From: Candidatus Hodarchaeota archaeon
GTDB taxonomy: Archaea; Asgardarchaeota; Heimdallarchaeia; Hodarchaeales; Hodarchaeaceae
Assembly: GCA_016840035.1 (NCBI GenBank)
Contig: JAEOTC010000121.1
Location: forward strand, 1 to 64,000
Length of the DNA: 64,000 nt
Direction: 5' to 3'
The notes under the pieces were generated by a model, which was given only the letters and a program-made list of their open reading frames with translations, ran no database searches and was not told the DNA's origin. The first letter of the stretch is position 1, and every line of letters begins with the position of its first letter. Shown one piece after another: positions 9,624 through 19,789 of this stretch. A program made the position numbers and the translations under genes.

Positions 9624-9842
9624 TTATTTTTTTAGGAATCGTCTCCTTAATGAAAAGTAAAAAATTGAAATGGCCGTCAAGAAGGAAATAGCTGCAGTTT
9701 GAGATTGAGTTTCTGAGGTCTCAGTGGAATCTTCTTGACTTTCTATCGTTGATTCTTCCGTAGTAGTTGAATATGATTCCTGAGTGGAGTCAGATGAACT
9801 CTCATTATTATTACTCGTAGTAGTGTGATCAGTCGTCGTCAA
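9624..9842 (-). pseudogene. Orphan Ser/Thr-rich linker plus C-terminal anchor (gene remnant or mini-protein)
   Basis: S/T/E-rich stalk, hydrophobic helix, RRRFLKK; no signal peptide, and an in-frame stop lies about 10 codons upstream of the TTG. Confidence 0.45.
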
Positions 9843-10002
9843 AGTGGTAGTATTCGACTTATTCTTCTTTCATTGGTCTTTTCATCAACTGCAGCTGATT
9901 TAACGACATTATTTGGGCTTATATTCTTTTCCTACATCTGACTAACGCTATAAGAAGAAACGATGAGTTAAGAAAAAAAAGAAAAGAGAGGGATAAATTC
10001 CT

Positions 10003-13000
10003 CTAGCTTTTTCGTCTGATGAAAATTACAGAGATAGATAGTAGAATTAAACTCCAGAGCTCAAAACCAGGTGAAACTGAAGTAGTGGTTGGTTCTGTGG
10101 TTGCAGATTCATCAGTAGTGGTAACAGTAGTAGTTGTTACTACCGTTGGCTCATTAACAGTAATGGAAACAGTAGCTGATCCATAATTTCCTGTTTGATC
10201 AAAGACGTTAATGCGAATAGTATGAGCTCCAGCACCAAGAGAGGCAAGAAATGAAGTGTCATTTACATTTATTCCTGGTATAAATACTGAATCTATATAC
10301 AGTTCAATAAGTTCAAGACCTGCTAGGTCACCTTGAGCCGGGTCAGAAGCACTCCATGTAATGGTCAGATCGTATTCGGTATCGCCTTCTTCTATAGTAA
10401 AGATTTCCTCATTTGTGGGACTTGTTATCTCTACAATAGGATTAGTAATATCAACTTCAAAGCCAATACCTGGACCTACAGCGGTTAAAGTTGCAAATTG
10501 CATTAGTAACACGGAATAGGAATCTAGAATTTCATCTTGATTTCTTCCCTCTGGAACAAGCATATCAACAACATTTGGATCATAGATAGAATCATCACCG
10601 CCTCCAAATTTCCATTCTTGAGGTTGAGAATAAAATTCCCGAAACGCTGAATAATCTTGACTACCTACGACAACGGTATAAGCCCAATCTTCTGTGGGGA
10701 TATCAACCACACTACGAGGTGCTTTTATGACGATGATCTTATCAACAGCATCAGAGAAAGATTCCATACCTTGGGTTTGAGTTCCATTTTCCCAAAGAAT
10801 ATATCGGTTAAATCCGTCTGATCGAACCAAAACTTCCCAGGCATTCTCGGAACCAATTGTAAAATGACCATTCTGATCGCAAAGTGTTGAACCTACTCCA
10901 GGTATCCGATTTTTATCGATATAGACTTGCATTAACGGATGACTGTATCCTACTGGGGAATTCCAGACATTTTCCAATTCTTTAAACTTGAATTCAAAAA
11001 TTGTCCATTCTGCATCATAACCAACACGAAATCTTAGTATATCCATAAATCCTTGACGATCAAGATCTCCTTCAGGATGCATCTGAGGATTAGTTGGATA
11101 AATTCCACGTTCATCTCCTTCTGGGTCATCAATTGAAAAAATTTCAGTCATTGTTACGCCTCCAAACGGAATGGTTAATCTCCATGGACCATCTTGGGGC
11201 ATGACATCAACATTCCTACTGTTAATTGTTCCCACAACTGAAAGAAACAGAGTATCTCCTTTTTCGGCATTCAAGGTGGTTAGTGGGATACTAAATTCAA
11301 TAAAGTCAGCAGCTGCAATATTTGTCTCAGTTGAGACATGTTTTTCCCACTGTTTTGATGTATTCACCTTATAGATATCGATCTTGCTTAGATCGGAAAA
11401 CTCTATTCGTAATTCTGTAGATAGCTCAATTCCAAGAATTTCACTTGAATCGGAGTGATTCGCGTAGCGAGGAAAGATGACTGAGTCATTCGCATTCGAA
11501 TCATAGAAATAGAGTCCGATAGAAACAGAACTGTTTCCTACAAGTGAAGCAAGTGAGAAACCGGGTGCAAGATCAATACGGAAGTGAACAGCTTCAAGAT
11601 CTTCATCAACAGCTGCATATAATTCTCCTAGAATGTCTACTTTGTCGTCCACTTTGCCAGAATCATTATAAAATGCTGAAAGATCCCATTCAGCTCCAAT
11701 TTTCTGACCATCTATTATAGGTAATTCTTTTCCTTTGAATACTCCTCCAATAGATGGTTTCATCTGTAAGAATAGACTAGGATACATATCAAGAATTTCT
11801 TGATCTGTCCAATTGATTCCTTTATATACTGCCCTTAAATTCAGTTTAAAAGCCCAATCGAAAAGCTCATCATGACCAGAATCACGATCAGAACCATACC
11901 ACCAGAACCAATCCGATCCTTCGGCAGCATAAAGGGCTTCCCAAGCATCAGTTACGTTTTCTGTAGGGTGTGCAGCCTCATAAGCAACTAAAGTTTCACG
12001 AGCAGTAATTAAACGATCCCATCCAAGATTTTCATCATCTTCACCAATCCAAACAGTTAAATCATTCGCCCAACTACCAGTTTTCATGGGAATTTCATCA
12101 AGTGTACTTACTGGATGTTCGTTCAGGTATTGAGAGGGAGTTATGGTGCGAAGCCAACCTGCATCTTGGGCAGCTTCAAGTTTCTCGTACAAACTCTCAC
12201 GGAACAAATTACCCGTATATTCAGTATCACCATCACCGTCTAAGTCATATTGGTAATTTTCCCAAGCATTCTCACCATCTAAAGCTACAGTAAAAACAGG
12301 GTCTTCAGTACCATTCCAGTCATTTAAAATGTCCTGAAGAGTATCTACAAAGTTTATTGCTGCAGTGTCTGGGATCAGCCCACCATAATTGAAACCTACT
12401 TCATCTGATAATTGTTGGTGACGGAAAAAAACAGCAACTGACTTATTTTCCTCTGTAACCCGATAAGGTTTGAACCATTGTTCAGGTGTTAATGAAGATA
12501 CAGATAATGATTTCTGAAGGATTGTATAATCAGTGGCAATCCAAGAAATCCCACTTTCATTTACCAGAGGTACTACTGCGGGACTTACAGCCATTTCCGA
12601 AGGCCACATACCGTTGGGATATTCACCGAAGTGCTCATACGTGAAATTGCGACCTTTTTGAATTTGAATTAATGCATCGTCACTCCAATTCGTTTCTCCT
12701 GAAGGAAGAGGAAGATTAGCATTTCCTGGATCGGTTTCTTGAGCTGACGTCAGGTTTACAAGAAGTGGAAGAATAGGGTGATAAAAAGGTGTCGTCATAA
12801 TTTCAAGACGTCCTTCATTCTGTAAAGAATCATGATAGGGGAGAGTATCCTGAATAATTGAGTAAGCATAGTTGAGGAGATTGGTTTTATCTGTTTTAGA
12901 ATAATGATTTCCTGCGATATCATTTTCTAGTGTTATATTTGCCACAACATTCATGTCAAGAGTTGTATAGCGTGGATTTATCCAATGTGCTAAAAATAAG

Positions 13001-13575
13001 ACTTTTAAGTCAAGAAATTCTTGATTTGTGAACGCATTGACTTGTTCACTTAGAGTTGGATACAAATTTCTTTTCTCTGATAATTCATGATATCGGGTAC
13101 CATTTTGTCGAAATTGAGAATTAATGTCGAAAAAATACTGCATAATTACAGATTTATTCTCATAACTCATATCTTCCTCATCCATCGCAAGAATTTCTAA
13201 ACGACGGTCATATGCAACTCCATTTACATAATCATCCAGCTGCTTAAGTAAACTCGGAGTTAGATTTATTGAAACATTTATATCTGGATAATCATTGAGC
13301 ACATCAGCCATATACGGATAGCTGTTTATTCCATGCATAAATACCCATGGTTGTTCATAGATATTTGTTTCTGGATCCTGATATGATGGTTGATGCTGAT
13401 GCCAGATAATAACTAGGTTCATAATTGGATCAGCTGCTGTTTTTGAGGTTTCTTCAATTTTCAAATTACCCTGACCGCTAACCAGCTGTAATGCTGGTCC
13501 AATAATTAACCCTCCAACTAGAACTATTACAATAGTGTATTTGATCACATTTTTCTTTATCATAAAGTCACTCAT
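10003..13575 (-). CDS. Surface-anchored GH57 amylopullulanase with glucodextranase-type DOMON domains
   Basis: WHQHQP, HPILPL, WPSEMAVS nucleophile, ALDGENAWE acid/base, AEGSDWFWW; DPEGDE DOMON, Ig-like domain, Thr linker, SPGFE-TM-RRKS. Confidence 0.9.
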   Translation of the reverse strand: MSDFMIKKNVIKYTIVIVLVGGLIIGPALQLVSGQGNLKIEETSKTAADPIMNLVIIWHQHQPSYQDPETNIYEQPWVFMHGINSYPYMADVLNDYPDINVSINLTPSLLKQLDDYVNGVAYDRRLEILAMDEEDMSYENKSVIMQYFFDINSQFRQNGTRYHELSEKRNLYPTLSEQVNAFTNQEFLDLKVLFLAHWINPRYTTLDMNVVANITLENDIAGNHYSKTDKTNLLNYAYSIIQDTLPYHDSLQNEGRLEIMTTPFYHPILPLLVNLTSAQETDPGNANLPLPSGETNWSDDALIQIQKGRNFTYEHFGEYPNGMWPSEMAVSPAVVPLVNESGISWIATDYTILQKSLSVSSLTPEQWFKPYRVTEENKSVAVFFRHQQLSDEVGFNYGGLIPDTAAINFVDTLQDILNDWNGTEDPVFTVALDGENAWENYQYDLDGDGDTEYTGNLFRESLYEKLEAAQDAGWLRTITPSQYLNEHPVSTLDEIPMKTGSWANDLTVWIGEDDENLGWDRLITARETLVAYEAAHPTENVTDAWEALYAAEGSDWFWWYGSDRDSGHDELFDWAFKLNLRAVYKGINWTDQEILDMYPSLFLQMKPSIGGVFKGKELPIIDGQKIGAEWDLSAFYNDSGKVDDKVDILGELYAAVDEDLEAVHFRIDLAPGFSLASLVGNSSVSIGLYFYDSNANDSVIFPRYANHSDSSEILGIELSTELRIEFSDLSKIDIYKVNTSKQWEKHVSTETNIAAADFIEFSIPLTTLNAEKGDTLFLSVVGTINSRNVDVMPQDGPWRLTIPFGGVTMTEIFSIDDPEGDERGIYPTNPQMHPEGDLDRQGFMDILRFRVGYDAEWTIFEFKFKELENVWNSPVGYSHPLMQVYIDKNRIPGVGSTLCDQNGHFTIGSENAWEVLVRSDGFNRYILWENGTQTQGMESFSDAVDKIIVIKAPRSVVDIPTEDWAYTVVVGSQDYSAFREFYSQPQEWKFGGGDDSIYDPNVVDMLVPEGRNQDEILDSYSVLLMQFATLTAVGPGIGFEVDITNPIVEITSPTNEEIFTIEEGDTEYDLTITWSASDPAQGDLAGLELIELYIDSVFIPGINVNDTSFLASLGAGAHTIRINVFDQTGNYGSATVSITVNEPTVVTTTTVTTTDESATTEPTTTSVSPGFELWSLILLSISVIFIRRKS

Positions 13576-13745
13576 CCACTCTAATATAATGTATCTTAAG
13601 AAACGAGTTCAATTACTGTTCCATAAAAAATATTACTTGGATAATCGCGAAATTCCGACCCCTATGTGCTATACATTTTCTTCGAACAGGAACACAAAAA
13701 AAACATCTAGTGAAGAGGTTTCTATTTAGAAACGGTGATTCTTAT

Positions 13746-15212
13746 ATGTTTAAGATCAAAATTTTTCTTATTCTGCTATTTTTTTCTACCTTTATTTTAA
13801 TTTTTCCAGTAAAAGGAGAAACAAACGCAGTTAATATAGATTTCTGGTATATTGAACCAGATGTAACTGATGATACACTTTTAACCCTAGTAGAGGATTT
13901 TGAAACGAGTGCTGGAGTAGAAGTGTCAGTAACTCGTCTACCCATAGATATTGCTAAGGAAGAATTCAAAACAGCTTCATTGAATGGCTCTGCACCTGAT
14001 TTAATACAGGGATATGCTACTTGGATTCCAGAATTGGTTACTAACGGTTTGATTTCTGCTATAGATGAAACTGATCTAGTAACCGATTTCACGTTGGAAT
14101 CTCTTAGAGCTGTTTCGTATTTTGAAATCGTTAATGATATCATTAATCCTAATAATATACTATCTTATGGATACCCTCAGCGAGTCGATACTCAAGCTTT
14201 CCTGTATTCTAAATCTATAGCAACCTCAATGGGGGCTACTATTCCTGAAATTGATCAAAATTGGGATGTTCTAACTTTTAAATCTGCAATTACTAAATTA
14301 AATGATCAAAGTGATCCAGGAAACAAAAAATATGGTTTTTCATTTACAGATTTACCAGCAGGGGCTGACCCACTATTTCATGGGAATAACGGAATTAAGT
14401 TTCTTGATTTCTCAGTAGATAAAGCTCATATTGCGATTGAATCAAATTCATCAGTTGATGCTCTTCAATTTCTATACGATGTTGTTCAAACAAATCGTTT
14501 AACTCCTGATTATGCTGATCAAGGTACTGCAAACACATTCTCTCATTTTGCTGAACTAGGAGATGTTGCATCGACTTTTGGGTTCGCTGCTGATATTAAG
14601 AATTATTTAACTGGTTCTCAATTCTCAGATCCGACTAATCTTGGTATTGCTCCCGTTCCTATGAACTCCGGAGCTACAGGAGCTCCTCTTCAAGTCATAG
14701 CTTTGATGTTAAGTGATTCCTCTACATTAGATGAGAAAGCAACAGCTAAGGACCTCGCAAAAACGCTAACAAGTGAAGAAGCAATGGTGAAGAATGCGAA
14801 GGATGAATATTTATTACCATCAAGCTTGGGAGTCTACGATCATGTCGATCTGACTTCTAACTCTGTTATACAAAGTTTTAAGATCCTCTTGGAAAATGCA
14901 CGGGAGTTACCGATATCTAAATACTGGGACTCGACTCAAGAGGATTATTCTATTGAAATTGGTGAAATGCTTAACGGAGATCAGAACGGAGCTACTGCAG
15001 CTATAGCAATACGCATTCGTTGGAGCTTTGCTCTTCCTACATCAGCGGGTATCCCTCCTATTCTACCGTTCGAAGAAGAAACGACAATTCCTACTACAAC
15101 TACTGAAACAACTACAGGTGAGACAACCGAGACAACTCAAGATACTTCAAGACTAGAACTTTTCATTGTTTTAATTGGGATTTGTGGTGTCTTATTATTA
15201 AAGAAAAGGTGA
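13746..15212 (+). CDS. Extracellular sugar-binding protein (maltodextrin-like), C-terminally anchored
   Basis: Signal peptide, IDFWY, APDLIQ, YGYP, NLGIAPVP; Thr linker-TM-KKR. The ATG at 13746 is preferred over the GTG at 13710. Confidence 0.8.
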   Translation: MFKIKIFLILLFFSTFILIFPVKGETNAVNIDFWYIEPDVTDDTLLTLVEDFETSAGVEVSVTRLPIDIAKEEFKTASLNGSAPDLIQGYATWIPELVTNGLISAIDETDLVTDFTLESLRAVSYFEIVNDIINPNNILSYGYPQRVDTQAFLYSKSIATSMGATIPEIDQNWDVLTFKSAITKLNDQSDPGNKKYGFSFTDLPAGADPLFHGNNGIKFLDFSVDKAHIAIESNSSVDALQFLYDVVQTNRLTPDYADQGTANTFSHFAELGDVASTFGFAADIKNYLTGSQFSDPTNLGIAPVPMNSGATGAPLQVIALMLSDSSTLDEKATAKDLAKTLTSEEAMVKNAKDEYLLPSSLGVYDHVDLTSNSVIQSFKILLENARELPISKYWDSTQEDYSIEIGEMLNGDQNGATAAIAIRIRWSFALPTSAGIPPILPFEEETTIPTTTTETTTGETTETTQDTSRLELFIVLIGICGVLLLKKR

Positions 15213-15216
15213 GAAC

Positions 15217-16722
15217 ATGAAAAATAAAAAAATATTTACACTGAGTGTACTAGTATCAATATTTCTAATGACTTTCATACCAATAAACGTTAAGGCTAAA
15301 TCACAGGATACGAACATAACCTTCTGGTACACAGAAAATGATTCTGAGAAACCAGGAGTACTAGCTTTAATAGATCAGTTTAATACCGAAAATCCTGATA
15401 TCAATGTTGAAGCACTACAGAAAGGATTCTTTGATGCACGAGCTCTTTATACTAATGCGTTCATTGCAGCGAATGAACCAGAAGTATTTCGAGCAGCACG
15501 CGATTGGGTTCCCGAATTCGCAGTCGCTGGGATGATTGCTCCTTTAACTGCGGAATATACGACTGAAGATTTAAATGATTTCTTACCCAGCGCGATCCGA
15601 CTCGTATCTTATCCAGACTCCGATGGAGTAAATCAAATTTGGGGTTTTCCACACCTTATTGATACTCCAGGATTGATGTATAATAAGGAAATAATGAATA
15701 ATGCAGGGATTGATGTCTCAGCTTTGAATATCAATACATCATGGACATGGGATGAATTCATTGGAAATGCTAGCCTTGTTGTAGATAATACAGCTGCCTA
15801 TGGTTATACTATTGCAGGTATGTTTTTCGGGGCCCAAGCAATTTTCTTTGGGCGAGGAGCACGTCTCTTTAATGATGGAATCCTAGATATTAATCATATT
15901 GCAATCAATTCTACAGAATCTCGTTCTGCATTAACTTTTCTAAAGAATATGATTGAAGTTGAGCAAATCACCCCAGTCTGGGAAGAAATGGGATGGGAAA
16001 CAATCAATGTACTCTTCGCTGACGATGGTGAGGTTGCTATGATTCAACAAGGACCTTGGGAATTAAAAAATTTCTTGGATAATTCTCCTGAATTCAATCC
16101 AACAGTTGATGGAGCCAAACCTTATGCGTCGGCTGATAATTTAGGAATCATGCAACTTCCCCACGATGAATTTGGAAATCAAGGTGCTCCACTTGGAGGA
16201 CATGCATATGTACTTTCAGCATTTGCTTCTGGTGATGAATATGACGCAGCAGTAAAACTCGCCAAGTTCTTATCAGGAGAAGATGCCATGGCTGCGGGTG
16301 CGATCGATTATTATCACGTACCTGGAAGAGAAAGTGTTATGGAACGATCTGATGTGAAAGCTTCTGCAGGATATGAGTATGTCCTTGGGTTCAAGAAGAA
16401 TGTAGACAAAGCCTACCAAGTTCCTGTTGATCATCGTTGGGCTAGAATTGAGCAAGAATTTGCCGATAATATTGATGAGTACTTAGCTGATGATATCTCA
16501 TTAGATGAATGTATAGCTCAAACTATCTCAATTTGGAAAGAAATTCTTGGCCAAGATGTTGTGGATGTTACCACCACAACTGAGACTGATGGAACTCAAC
16601 CTAGCACTACTACAAAACCTCCACAAACCGAATTAACTGAAGAAACTCCTGGATATAGTTTTACACTTATTTTTTTGAGTTTTCCAGTTCTTATCTGGAT
16701 TGTGAAAAAGCTTAGAACTTAG
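15217..16722 (+). CDS. Extracellular maltose/maltodextrin-binding protein, C-terminally anchored
   Basis: ITFWY, WGFP, GLMYNKE, WTWDEF, AMIQQGPW, PLGGH; TPGYS-TM-KKLR. Confidence 0.87.
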   Translation: MKNKKIFTLSVLVSIFLMTFIPINVKAKSQDTNITFWYTENDSEKPGVLALIDQFNTENPDINVEALQKGFFDARALYTNAFIAANEPEVFRAARDWVPEFAVAGMIAPLTAEYTTEDLNDFLPSAIRLVSYPDSDGVNQIWGFPHLIDTPGLMYNKEIMNNAGIDVSALNINTSWTWDEFIGNASLVVDNTAAYGYTIAGMFFGAQAIFFGRGARLFNDGILDINHIAINSTESRSALTFLKNMIEVEQITPVWEEMGWETINVLFADDGEVAMIQQGPWELKNFLDNSPEFNPTVDGAKPYASADNLGIMQLPHDEFGNQGAPLGGHAYVLSAFASGDEYDAAVKLAKFLSGEDAMAAGAIDYYHVPGRESVMERSDVKASAGYEYVLGFKKNVDKAYQVPVDHRWARIEQEFADNIDEYLADDISLDECIAQTISIWKEILGQDVVDVTTTTETDGTQPSTTTKPPQTELTEETPGYSFTLIFLSFPVLIWIVKKLRT

Positions 16723-16749
16723 TGGATAAAATTTTAAGAGAGAGAAATA

Positions 16750-18288
16750 ATGACTAAAGAAGTAAGTGAATCAATGGAGTTTAGCCCTCAAACGAAGATG
16801 TCACGTAAGCTTCGTGACCTTATCACTGCCTACGGATTCCTTCTACCTGCTTTCGTTGCGATTTCTCTCTTTGTTTTTGTACCACTCTTTTTTTCCTTTA
16901 TCATGTCGATTTTTAGAAATCCTACAGTTGTAGAACTGCGATTTGGGGTTGAATTCTATACCAATTTTTCGAATCTGTGGTGGAGAAATATTCGTGATTT
17001 CTTTACTGCAACTGCTGGGGATGACATAGGAATCCTAAAAGATGATGGTATTTATCTAATTATCAACTTAGTTGTTTTAATAGGGTTTGCTGTCGTTTTC
17101 TACAGGAAAACAAAGACCATATTACTCAACAAGTATCCTGAATTGCCTAAATTCGCCATTTTAAGTGTTAGCATTCCTCTTACAGTAATAATTACTCCTA
17201 TTATCTTGCAGTTATTCGTTACAATTCTCACATTTATTCCTGCGTTTATTAAACTACCAATTGAAGGCTATCGGGTTGTCTTGACCTCATCGGAAATTGA
17301 ATTTTTCAAAATCTTGTTCAACACTGTATTTTGGACTGCAACGTGTGTCTTCCTACATGTCCTACTCGGTATGCTACTAGCAATCCTTATGAATCGTGGA
17401 GGAAGTTCTGCACAGAGTTTATTCCGAGGAATCTTTATTCTACCATGGGCAATCCCAAGTTTTGTTTCAGCCCTTGTATGGCGATATTTCATATTTAATC
17501 GCCGTCAAGGGATATTAGGGCAGATCACTGCAAATGAAAGAGGAGCCAATTCATTCATAGTTACAGTAGCAGACCTTATAGGTGTCGTTATCGGGATAGG
17601 TGTAATTATTATCCTTTTCTTGGTAATTCAGCAACTTTTAACAGAACGAATGCCAAAAGAATCGATCTCAAAATATCTATTTCTTTACGGAATTCTGATA
17701 GTACTGTTTTTTGTTGGATTTGAGACTATTCAGATATCGAGTGGTATCCTGAATACATTTAAGTTTCTTGGATATAAAATTCTCGATATACCAGAAATAA
17801 ATTCAACGTTTTGGATAACAGATAAACTATTTTTATTTGGTATTGAATTTAGAATGATTACTTTTTCAGCAATACTCACCAACGTGTGGTTAGGAGTACC
17901 ATTTATGATGGTGTCATTCCTCGCAGCGCTTCAAAGTATTCCACAAGATCTATATGAAGCTGCAGACATAGATGGGGCTGGAACTTGGAATAAATTTCGA
18001 GATATCACTCTCCCCTTATTAAAGCCAACGTTAATGACTGTAAGTTTACTTGGAGTTATCTGGACATTTAATTTGTTTAATATCTTCTATATTCTGGCTG
18101 ATAATCAAAATGGTCTTGGTGATAGGGTGAACTATGACATATTTGTCACATTTATTTATGAACAATTCAATCGATTCAATTATAATGCGGCCGCAGGCCT
18201 AAGCTTCACAGTTTTCATAATGCTTGTCTCATTCAGCTTGGTGTACCGTAAATTAATGAGAGCTGAGGCACTATTCGAAGGAGAATAA
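16750..18288 (+). CDS. Carbohydrate ABC permease, MalF-like, with extra TM insertions
   Basis: AYGFLLPA, ILPWAIP, WLGVPFMM, EAA loop LYEAADIDGA. Confidence 0.9.
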   Translation: MTKEVSESMEFSPQTKMSRKLRDLITAYGFLLPAFVAISLFVFVPLFFSFIMSIFRNPTVVELRFGVEFYTNFSNLWWRNIRDFFTATAGDDIGILKDDGIYLIINLVVLIGFAVVFYRKTKTILLNKYPELPKFAILSVSIPLTVIITPIILQLFVTILTFIPAFIKLPIEGYRVVLTSSEIEFFKILFNTVFWTATCVFLHVLLGMLLAILMNRGGSSAQSLFRGIFILPWAIPSFVSALVWRYFIFNRRQGILGQITANERGANSFIVTVADLIGVVIGIGVIIILFLVIQQLLTERMPKESISKYLFLYGILIVLFFVGFETIQISSGILNTFKFLGYKILDIPEINSTFWITDKLFLFGIEFRMITFSAILTNVWLGVPFMMVSFLAALQSIPQDLYEAADIDGAGTWNKFRDITLPLLKPTLMTVSLLGVIWTFNLFNIFYILADNQNGLGDRVNYDIFVTFIYEQFNRFNYNAAAGLSFTVFIMLVSFSLVYRKLMRAEALFEGE

Positions 18289-18292
18289 AAAG

Positions 18293-19777
18293 ATGGCAGG
18301 ATTAAGATCATTCAAATCTGTTGAAAGACCCCGAATCTCATTCATTCATTTGGCATTTCTTTCACATATAATTAGCACGATTATTGCACTTTGGGGGTTT
18401 TGGGCCATTGAAACAATCTTATGGAATCGAATTGCTTATTCTAACGGGGAATGGGTAAATTCCCTCCCACTTTATCTGAATTCTACTTTAGCTCAAGTTG
18501 AGGAATTACTCCTTTCAAATTCTATCCTTTTTACAACTGGAATTCTCATTATTTTTCTCATATCATCACTCATGTTTCTAAGATATTCACGAGAAAGAAT
18601 AAATTGGAATCCTACAACTCGCTTATTATTCAGAATTCAGCTATTAGTTGTATTTATCTGTTCTTTAATGGGTTTCTGGCTATACATGTCTGTACTGACG
18701 ATTTCCGACCTACGTAGTATCGGTGAGGGGCAGAGTGGGGCAGAGTGGCTTCGTACTGATATACGAAATTATTCAGATTTCTTTTTCTTTTTTGGGTTAT
18801 TAATTAATTTAATTTTTGCATTCTTTATAGTCGCTACTCTAATAATTTTATTTCTGAATAGAGAGCGAGAGGAAACACGATTCAAACAAAGATTCAGTTT
18901 ATATCAATTTATCCTAAACTCAATAAAGCGATTACCATTTTATTTAGTGATTTCTGGGTATCTCTTATTAACCTTAATTCCTGTCCTTATGACTATTCTT
19001 GTGTCATTTTCAACAACAGCTGATCTTCGTATGCATCGATTACCAAGCATTCCTCTGGAAGCATTTATCAAAAACTTTTCCTCTGTGGTATTTGCTGTAA
19101 GTGCGAATGAATTAGGGTTTGCTGCAGCCTTTTTATATAGTATAATTCTGGGTTTCGGAACAGGACTTTTAGGTCTTGCAGTTTCCTTATCTGCAGGTTA
19201 TGCTTTAGCTCGCTTTAAATTTGCTGGAAATAAAATACTTACCTTCATGATCCTTGCGACTCAAATGTTTCCAGGTTTAATTCTTCTCATTCCTCAATAC
19301 GTAATTTGGACGGACATGGGATTATTAAGAGAAGGGACATTACTCTTTGGTGTCCTATTAGCATATATTTCGGGAGCAGTTGCATACTGCACATGGATGA
19401 TGAAAGGATATTTTGAAACTATTCCTTTGGATTTAGAAGAAGCGGCATTAATTGATGGAGCTGGACGCTTAGGTACTTTTACTAGAATTGCTGTACCTTT
19501 AGCCAAACCTGGTATGGTCGCTGTATTAATCTTTACATTCTTGACTGCTTGGTCAGAATTTGTACTAGCAAGGACATTTATCGGAGAATCCAATCCAATT
19601 CTTATCACGCTCCCTCTGTTATTTTATAATTATCAAAATCCAGGAGCTCCAGAGAATCCAATATTTTTTGAACTTTTAGCGCCGTATGCGATTCTAGTGG
19701 CCCTCCCTCCTGTGTTGTTATTCTTATTCTTACAAAAAGAACTTGCTGCTGGAGCAGTAGCTGGTGCAGTTAAATAA
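18293..19777 (+). CDS. Carbohydrate ABC permease, MalG-like, with N-terminal TM extension
   Basis: AGYALARF, TQMFP, KGYFETIP, LEEAALIDGA, C-terminal GAVK. Confidence 0.9.
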   Translation: MAGLRSFKSVERPRISFIHLAFLSHIISTIIALWGFWAIETILWNRIAYSNGEWVNSLPLYLNSTLAQVEELLLSNSILFTTGILIIFLISSLMFLRYSRERINWNPTTRLLFRIQLLVVFICSLMGFWLYMSVLTISDLRSIGEGQSGAEWLRTDIRNYSDFFFFFGLLINLIFAFFIVATLIILFLNREREETRFKQRFSLYQFILNSIKRLPFYLVISGYLLLTLIPVLMTILVSFSTTADLRMHRLPSIPLEAFIKNFSSVVFAVSANELGFAAAFLYSIILGFGTGLLGLAVSLSAGYALARFKFAGNKILTFMILATQMFPGLILLIPQYVIWTDMGLLREGTLLFGVLLAYISGAVAYCTWMMKGYFETIPLDLEEAALIDGAGRLGTFTRIAVPLAKPGMVAVLIFTFLTAWSEFVLARTFIGESNPILITLPLLFYNYQNPGAPENPIFFELLAPYAILVALPPVLLFLFLQKELAAGAVAGAVK

Positions 19778-19789
19778 AGGTGAACAAAA

